Shown here piece after piece: positions 25,358-30,101 of a stretch of DNA of 30,101 nucleotides. Under the pieces are notes generated by a model that did no database searches, was not told where the DNA came from, and saw nothing but the letters and a program-made list of their open reading frames with translations. Source of the stretch: a virus (taxonomy: Duplodnaviria; Caudoviricetes); the IMG/VR virus record IMGVR_UViG_3300038318_000222, positions 1 to 30,101 of that record; one strand, given 5' to 3'. A program made the position numbers and the translations under genes. Within the stretch, counting starts at the first letter, position 1, and every line of letters starts with the position of its first letter.

Positions 25358-26163
25358 ACGAAGTAGAATTTTACTTAGAAGATTTGAAAAGTAAATTTAA
25401 TAAGATAAATCCTAATGAATATATATTGTCATATTCTGGGGGCCGTGATAGTGAATTATTAAGAGTTATTATTAAAGAATATTTAAAACTCCCAATCCCG
25501 ATTATTGCACTTAATACAAGATTAGAACATGATGAAATACATAGAAGAATGTTAGATAATGTTGATGACATTTTACATAGTAATTACACGATTTATGATG
25601 TTAAAGAAAAATACGGTATACCGTGTTTCAATAAATCACATGATGAAAAAATAGATAGTTATCAGAAAGGGAGTCGCTGTAAATCAACCGTAGATTATAT
25701 ATCAGGTGTGAAATTACCGCCGTTTGCTATACCCAAATACGCAAGAGATTTATTGTATGCGGGAAAATTGCATAAGATATCAAGCATGTGTTGTACTAAA
25801 ATAAAAAAAGAACCATTTTATAAATATGAAAAAAAATATAATAAAAAATCTATAATTGCAATTACTTTAGGTGAGGGAGTTATAAGAAAATCAAAATATA
25901 CATCATGTTTTACTAAGAAAAAAACATTCACTCCGTTATTTGATTTAAAACCAAGTTTAGCACACAAAATAGAAGCTTATTTTAATGTTGAAATACCAGA
26001 GGTATATAATGTAGTGCCACGCACTGGATGTTGTGGGTGTCCTTATGGAAAATATCCTATTCAAGAGTTATTAATGTTACAAGAAAATAAATATAATTAT
26101 ATTTATAATTGTTTCAAAGAATCGTATTTAGTGAAAAAAAGAATAGCGACAAGACTGTTATAA
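25354..26163 (+). CDS. PAPS-reductase-family (PP-loop) protein
   Basis: SYSGGRDS PP-loop, CC..IKKEP, RTGCCGCP. Confidence 0.85.
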   Translation: MNEVEFYLEDLKSKFNKINPNEYILSYSGGRDSELLRVIIKEYLKLPIPIIALNTRLEHDEIHRRMLDNVDDILHSNYTIYDVKEKYGIPCFNKSHDEKIDSYQKGSRCKSTVDYISGVKLPPFAIPKYARDLLYAGKLHKISSMCCTKIKKEPFYKYEKKYNKKSIIAITLGEGVIRKSKYTSCFTKKKTFTPLFDLKPSLAHKIEAYFNVEIPEVYNVVPRTGCCGCPYGKYPIQELLMLQENKYNYIYNCFKESYLVKKRIATRLL

Positions 26164-26175
26164 AAGGAGGTAAAC

Positions 26176-26433
26176 ATGATATATGAAATATGCGTTAAAC
26201 CTCAAAACGTAAAACGAGGTGAAATTTACATTTTTAAAGACAATTTTAAGGGGCAAGTATCAAAAGCACTTGTAAAAATAATGAATAAAAAAGAAACAGA
26301 CACTCATTATAAATTCCTAGTACGCTTGTTAGAAATTCATCAAGGAGTATTTAGAAAGAATTATTTTACGATAGCAATTAATAAACGAAACGACGTACTA
26401 GAACAACGGTTTTATGAGCGTGTGATGATATAG
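26176..26433 (+). CDS. Basic hypothetical protein
   Basis: AAGGAGGT RBS. Confidence 0.65.
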   Translation: MIYEICVKPQNVKRGEIYIFKDNFKGQVSKALVKIMNKKETDTHYKFLVRLLEIHQGVFRKNYFTIAINKRNDVLEQRFYERVMI

Positions 26434-26467
26434 AGTTTAGAGAAAATTTTAGAAAGGATGATGTGAA

Positions 26468-26683
26468 ATGGAGTGGCAATTAAAATTTAGTCTTGCAGGC
26501 ATAAAACAACACTCATTACTTTATCGTAGTGAGTACAAAGGAAAAGGAATACAGAAAGAAATCCATACCCCAAAATATAAAAGTGGGTTTGGTAAAGGAA
26601 AAGTCAGTTATTTTATAGATAATGATAAGCGAGAATTTAAAAGTGAAGATGAATTATTAAAAGCTTTGGAGAGTGAAAAATGA
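26468..26683 (+). CDS. Hypothetical protein
   Basis: 71 aa ORF with AAAGGA RBS. Confidence 0.65.
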   Translation: MEWQLKFSLAGIKQHSLLYRSEYKGKGIQKEIHTPKYKSGFGKGKVSYFIDNDKREFKSEDELLKALESEK

Positions 26684-26925
26684 AAGAATTAGATTATGGT
26701 TGGATACTGTTTGAAGGAAAATATGACCATGATATAGAAATGAATGTATTACATGGGAGAATTCCGGAAGATGAGCAAGAGATACTTGTTACTGACGGTA
26801 GAACTGTGTGGTTAGACACATTTCTAAGGGACGAAATAGGTTGGTATTTGGACAGCGGTAGCTGTCTAGTAGATAGCGTAATTGCATGGCAACCATTGCC
26901 GGAAATTTATAAGGAGGACAAATAA
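26680..26925 (+). CDS. DUF551-like phage protein
   Basis: PEDEQEILVTDG...VIAWQPLPE. Confidence 0.75.
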   Translation: MKELDYGWILFEGKYDHDIEMNVLHGRIPEDEQEILVTDGRTVWLDTFLRDEIGWYLDSGSCLVDSVIAWQPLPEIYKEDK

Positions 26926-27410
26926 TGAAATATAAATTTAGAGGTAAAAGAATAGATAACGGGGAGTGGGTGTATGGCGCATATTATCAACATGAAAAAG
27001 TTACTCTTTGCCCATTGGGAGTAACAGAAGAAGATATAAAAGACAATGAACTACATCTTATTATTAACGGTGGGTTCAGCGATTGGAATTTGCCTGCTGG
27101 ACTAAATTGTTATGAGGTTATCCCCGAAACAGTCGGTCAATTTACAGGTTTAAAAGACAAGAACGGCAAAGAAATTTATGAGGGAGACATTTTAGGGGTA
27201 AGCGGTTCGAATGAATACGCATATGTTATCGAGTGGAATCATAATAATGGTTGCTTTACTTCAATTGATGGTGGTATCGATAATTTCATAGGTGATATTG
27301 ATGATGAAATAAATTTTAATCTGTTATCAAATATGAGGTTGGATTTATCTGTCGTTATCGGCAACATACACGATAACCCTGAACTTTTGGAGAGTGAAAT
27401 AAATGAATAA
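26925..27410 (+). CDS. YopX-family protein
   Basis: KFRGKRIDNGEWVYG, QFTGLKDKNGKEIYEGDI, VIGNIHDNPELL. Confidence 0.92.
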   Translation: MKYKFRGKRIDNGEWVYGAYYQHEKVTLCPLGVTEEDIKDNELHLIINGGFSDWNLPAGLNCYEVIPETVGQFTGLKDKNGKEIYEGDILGVSGSNEYAYVIEWNHNNGCFTSIDGGIDNFIGDIDDEINFNLLSNMRLDLSVVIGNIHDNPELLESEINE

Positions 27411-27564
27411 AGCTGAGAAAATAACAGCCCTAATATCTTTCATAAAAGAATCAAACATCTATTTAATGGACAGCAAAATTAGTAACGAATTCTTAGAATT
27501 TTTAGAACTAAGGAAAGAAGCCTATGAATTACTATTACAAAAACTCGAAAAGGGGGAAATATGA
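27403..27564 (+). CDS. 53-aa hypothetical protein (absent from ORF track)
   Basis: Overlaps both neighbours, GGAG RBS. Confidence 0.55.
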   Translation: MNKAEKITALISFIKESNIYLMDSKISNEFLEFLELRKEAYELLLQKLEKGEI

Positions 27565-27854
27565 GAATACCAATAATTGAAGCTAGTACAATAAGCAATC
27601 AATTTAAGAAAATCATGAGTGAATATCACGAATGCAAAATTGAATTTGAAAAAATGGGAACTTATGCAGAGAGAGATAAAGCAGAAGTAACCAAAGATTT
27701 ACAATTAGAAGCATTAGACCTACTCACAGCAACATATAACCTAGTAGCAATGTTAAATATACCTCAAGAAACAATCAAAGATTGGCAAGACAAAATGCGA
27801 GGGTATGAAAAAACGAAAGGATATAAAATTGAAAAGTGGGTGAATGTGGAATGA
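27561..27854 (+). CDS. Possible MazG-like all-alpha NTP pyrophosphatase
   Basis: QFKKIMSEYHE...LEALDLL helical acidic pattern. Confidence 0.4.
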   Translation: MRIPIIEASTISNQFKKIMSEYHECKIEFEKMGTYAERDKAEVTKDLQLEALDLLTATYNLVAMLNIPQETIKDWQDKMRGYEKTKGYKIEKWVNVE

Positions 27855-28258
27855 ATAGAGAAGAAAAGATTGAAATATTAAATTTAATTATCAATAACAT
27901 AGACGGTTCGTTTTTTGAATGGATTGTTGAGAAAAAATATTTAGAAGCTAAAAACATAGATACAGAAAACATAATAAATTTAGATGAAATGTTTGATGAT
28001 TTATGTTGGATGTTTCATGAAGTTGTTGATAAATCAATGGAGTTATATAAACAACTCTTACAACTACCAACTAGAACTCTTGAAACATTAGAGGTTGGGG
28101 ATGTAATCATTACAAGATTAAAAGGCAACGAATGGACTCAAATATCTATGCAAGAGCAGAGCCAAATAAATCATTTTATAGCATTTAGTCATTGTTACGA
28201 TATAGACACAGTCATACCTCGCGAATTTTTAGAGTTATGGGGTGAGATAAATGCTTAA
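27851..28258 (+). CDS. Hypothetical protein
   Basis: ATGA overlap with previous gene. Confidence 0.65.
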   Translation: MNREEKIEILNLIINNIDGSFFEWIVEKKYLEAKNIDTENIINLDEMFDDLCWMFHEVVDKSMELYKQLLQLPTRTLETLEVGDVIITRLKGNEWTQISMQEQSQINHFIAFSHCYDIDTVIPREFLELWGEINA

Positions 28259-28646
28259 TCAAATAGTATTAATTGGACGTCTTGTAAAAGACATCGAGTT
28301 AAAAACTTTAAACAGTGGAAAAGAAGTAACATCATTTACATTAGCGGTGCAACGAAATTTTAAAAATCAGCAAGGTGAAAAGGAAACTGATTTTATAAAT
28401 TGTGTGGCATTTGGAAATATAGCAAAAATCATGAATCAATATTGCTTTAAAGGTCAATTAATTTGCGTGAGTGGAAGATTACAAATTAGATCGTGGGAGT
28501 CAGAAAATGGAAGAAGATATGTAACAGAAGTAATTGTAAATAATATTGAAGTGTTGGAATGGAAAAAAGACGTACAAAAACAAGCGGAGAATTATTTCGA
28601 TAATGTACCGAATGTGGAAATCTCAGAAGATAGTTTACCGTTCTGA
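28251..28646 (+). CDS. ssb: Single-stranded DNA-binding protein
   Basis: LNQIVLIGRLVKD, TDFINCVAFG, GRLQIRSW, acidic tail ending LPF. Confidence 0.95.
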   Translation: MLNQIVLIGRLVKDIELKTLNSGKEVTSFTLAVQRNFKNQQGEKETDFINCVAFGNIAKIMNQYCFKGQLICVSGRLQIRSWESENGRRYVTEVIVNNIEVLEWKKDVQKQAENYFDNVPNVEISEDSLPF

Positions 28647-28657
28647 GAGATGTAAGG

Positions 28658-28831
28658 ATGTTCGAGTTAATTAAAAATGGCAAAGTGTTGATGTTAGGTA
28701 GGCATTGGGAGGATTTAGAGCAATTTGTAGAAGATGTAAAAAAATTAAATGCTAATGAAATTGATAGACGGCAATTTAAAATAAAACTTTCTAACTCTAA
28801 TGAAATCTTCAAAGAGTGGAAAAGAAAATAA
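28658..28831 (+). CDS. 57-aa hypothetical protein (absent from ORF track)
   Basis: MFELIKNGKV...; fills operon gap. Confidence 0.5.
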   Translation: MFELIKNGKVLMLGRHWEDLEQFVEDVKKLNANEIDRRQFKIKLSNSNEIFKEWKRK

Positions 28832-28846
28832 AGGATAGGTGATAGG

Positions 28847-29047
28847 ATGATAGAACAAAAAGAAACGAACAACTTTGTCTTAATATGTGATAACTGTGGT
28901 AAAGAAATAGAAGGCTTCGATTGTATCGATTCCGCTTGTGATTACATGGAAAGTGAAAGTTGGGGTTGTGAAGAAGGAACAAAATTAGATTTGACAGAAG
29001 GATTAATGGATATTTGTCCTAAGTGTATGGAGGTAGGCGATGAGTGA
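28847..29047 (+). CDS. Acidic zinc-finger protein
   Basis: CDNC...CPKC. Confidence 0.7.
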   Translation: MIEQKETNNFVLICDNCGKEIEGFDCIDSACDYMESESWGCEEGTKLDLTEGLMDICPKCMEVGDE

Positions 29048-29672
29048 GCTTATAAAAGTATATCCATTTAATGTAGCGTTTGACATATTTTGTGATGAAG
29101 AACAGGCGCTCAATATCAATCCAAAAAAACTAATTGAAACCTTTTTAACACTTACAGAACGTGAAGAAACAGTTTTAAGATGGAGATACAAAGAACGATT
29201 AACACTCGAAAAAACAGGAAAACAAGTAGGTGTAACGACAGAAAGAATAAGACAAATACAAGCGAAAGCACTGAGAAAGTTAAGACATCCGTCAAGAACA
29301 AAGAATTTTAGTATAGTGCCTTACGAAGAATATTACGAATTATTTAAAAAACACGAAACACTCATTAGAGAATATGCGTTACTCGAAAGAGCCTATGAAG
29401 AAATTGCGAACCACAAAAATATTAATTGTAGTGTTGAAGAAGTGGCAGAACAGGCGGCTAAAATGGTATTAACATTGGAAGATTTAGAACTAAGTGTAAG
29501 GTCTTATAATTGCTTAAAGCGTAAAGGCATAAACACATTGAGAGATTTAACAGAAATATCTGAAGCAGAATTGATGAAGATACGAAACTTAGGGCGAAAA
29601 TCATATTTAGAGATAAAAAACGCAATGGTAAGATGGGGAGTTAACCCTAAAGGTGGGTTTACCAATGACTGA
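29040..29672 (+). CDS. Sigma70 region 4 - RNA polymerase alpha C-terminal domain fusion
   Basis: LTEREETVL...[23 protein letters not shown] (SigA region 4) and [21 protein letters not shown]...IRNLGRKS (RpoA CTD). Confidence 0.9.
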   Translation: MSELIKVYPFNVAFDIFCDEEQALNINPKKLIETFLTLTEREETVLRWRYKERLTLEKTGKQVGVTTERIRQIQAKALRKLRHPSRTKNFSIVPYEEYYELFKKHETLIREYALLERAYEEIANHKNINCSVEEVAEQAAKMVLTLEDLELSVRSYNCLKRKGINTLRDLTEISEAELMKIRNLGRKSYLEIKNAMVRWGVNPKGGFTND

Positions 29673-30054
29673 GGCGATAGTGTTTACTATCCCTCACCGA
29701 CTTGTGCGGTTAAATAGTTATACAAGCATTAACCGATACAACAAATACAAAGGTGCAGAAATGAAAAAAGAACAAACCGAACTATGCACCTACTACATAC
29801 CTAAGGTTAAATTAAATTATCCCGTTGAGATAACTTATGTATGGACTGTAAAAAGTCTTGCGAACGATTTAGGCAATGTGTCAGTTGGCAATAAATTTAT
29901 TGAGGATGCCATGGTTAAAAAAGGTTTTATACCTGATGACAATCTCAAATGGATAAAAAAGATAACTCATGAGTATAAAAAAGGCGATAAAGAAAAGGTG
30001 ACTGTAATCGTGAAGGAGTGGGAAGATGAAATGTTATATCAAGGTAGGCAATAA
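29665..30054 (+). CDS. rusA: RusA-like Holliday junction resolvase
   Basis: DLGN...[17 protein letters not shown] motif. Confidence 0.8.
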   Translation: MTEAIVFTIPHRLVRLNSYTSINRYNKYKGAEMKKEQTELCTYYIPKVKLNYPVEITYVWTVKSLANDLGNVSVGNKFIEDAMVKKGFIPDDNLKWIKKITHEYKKGDKEKVTVIVKEWEDEMLYQGRQ

Positions 30055-30101
30055 ATATTTTAAAGATTTTGAAAGCGTAACAAAAGGTTACGGTGGGCAT
30101 A
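30026..30101 (+). CDS. Partial ORF running off window end
   Basis: [24 protein letters not shown]... open to window end. Confidence 0.5.
   Translation, partial: MKCYIKVGNKYFKDFESVTKGYGGH

Noticed and set aside
17076-29191. Minus-strand ORFs within the early/replication operon
   Set aside because: Fully overlap tightly packed plus-strand genes; shadow-like composition
1-30101. CRISPR array, tRNA, diversity-generating retroelement or alternative genetic code
   Set aside because: No repeat-spacer periodicity, cloverleaf, reverse transcriptase or TR/VR pair seen; genes read intact in code 11

Overview
About 30 kb of a low-GC temperate siphovirus in excised (attP-intact) form. Left to right: HK97-type head and long non-contractile tail module (44-10283, with a -1 frameshifted tail chaperone); two membrane genes where lysis genes usually sit, with no recognisable endolysin (10280-11364); a minus-strand seven-gene operon (14144->11390) containing an AcrIII-1/DUF1874 ring-nuclease homologue and a terminal HTH gene, punctuated by two hammerhead ribozyme folds and a third hairpin; a small moron; an attP carrying the first 21 codons of an msrA-like gene flanked by arm-type repeats; integrase-cI/cro-xis; Rha; and replication/recombination genes, a PAPS-reductase-like gene, SSB, a sigma70-region-4/RNAP-alphaCTD fusion and RusA. 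The strongest leads are the ribozyme-punctuated anti-defence operon, the msrA-targeting attP and the sigma4-alphaCTD fusion. All family calls come from motif recognition by eye; no database search was run.
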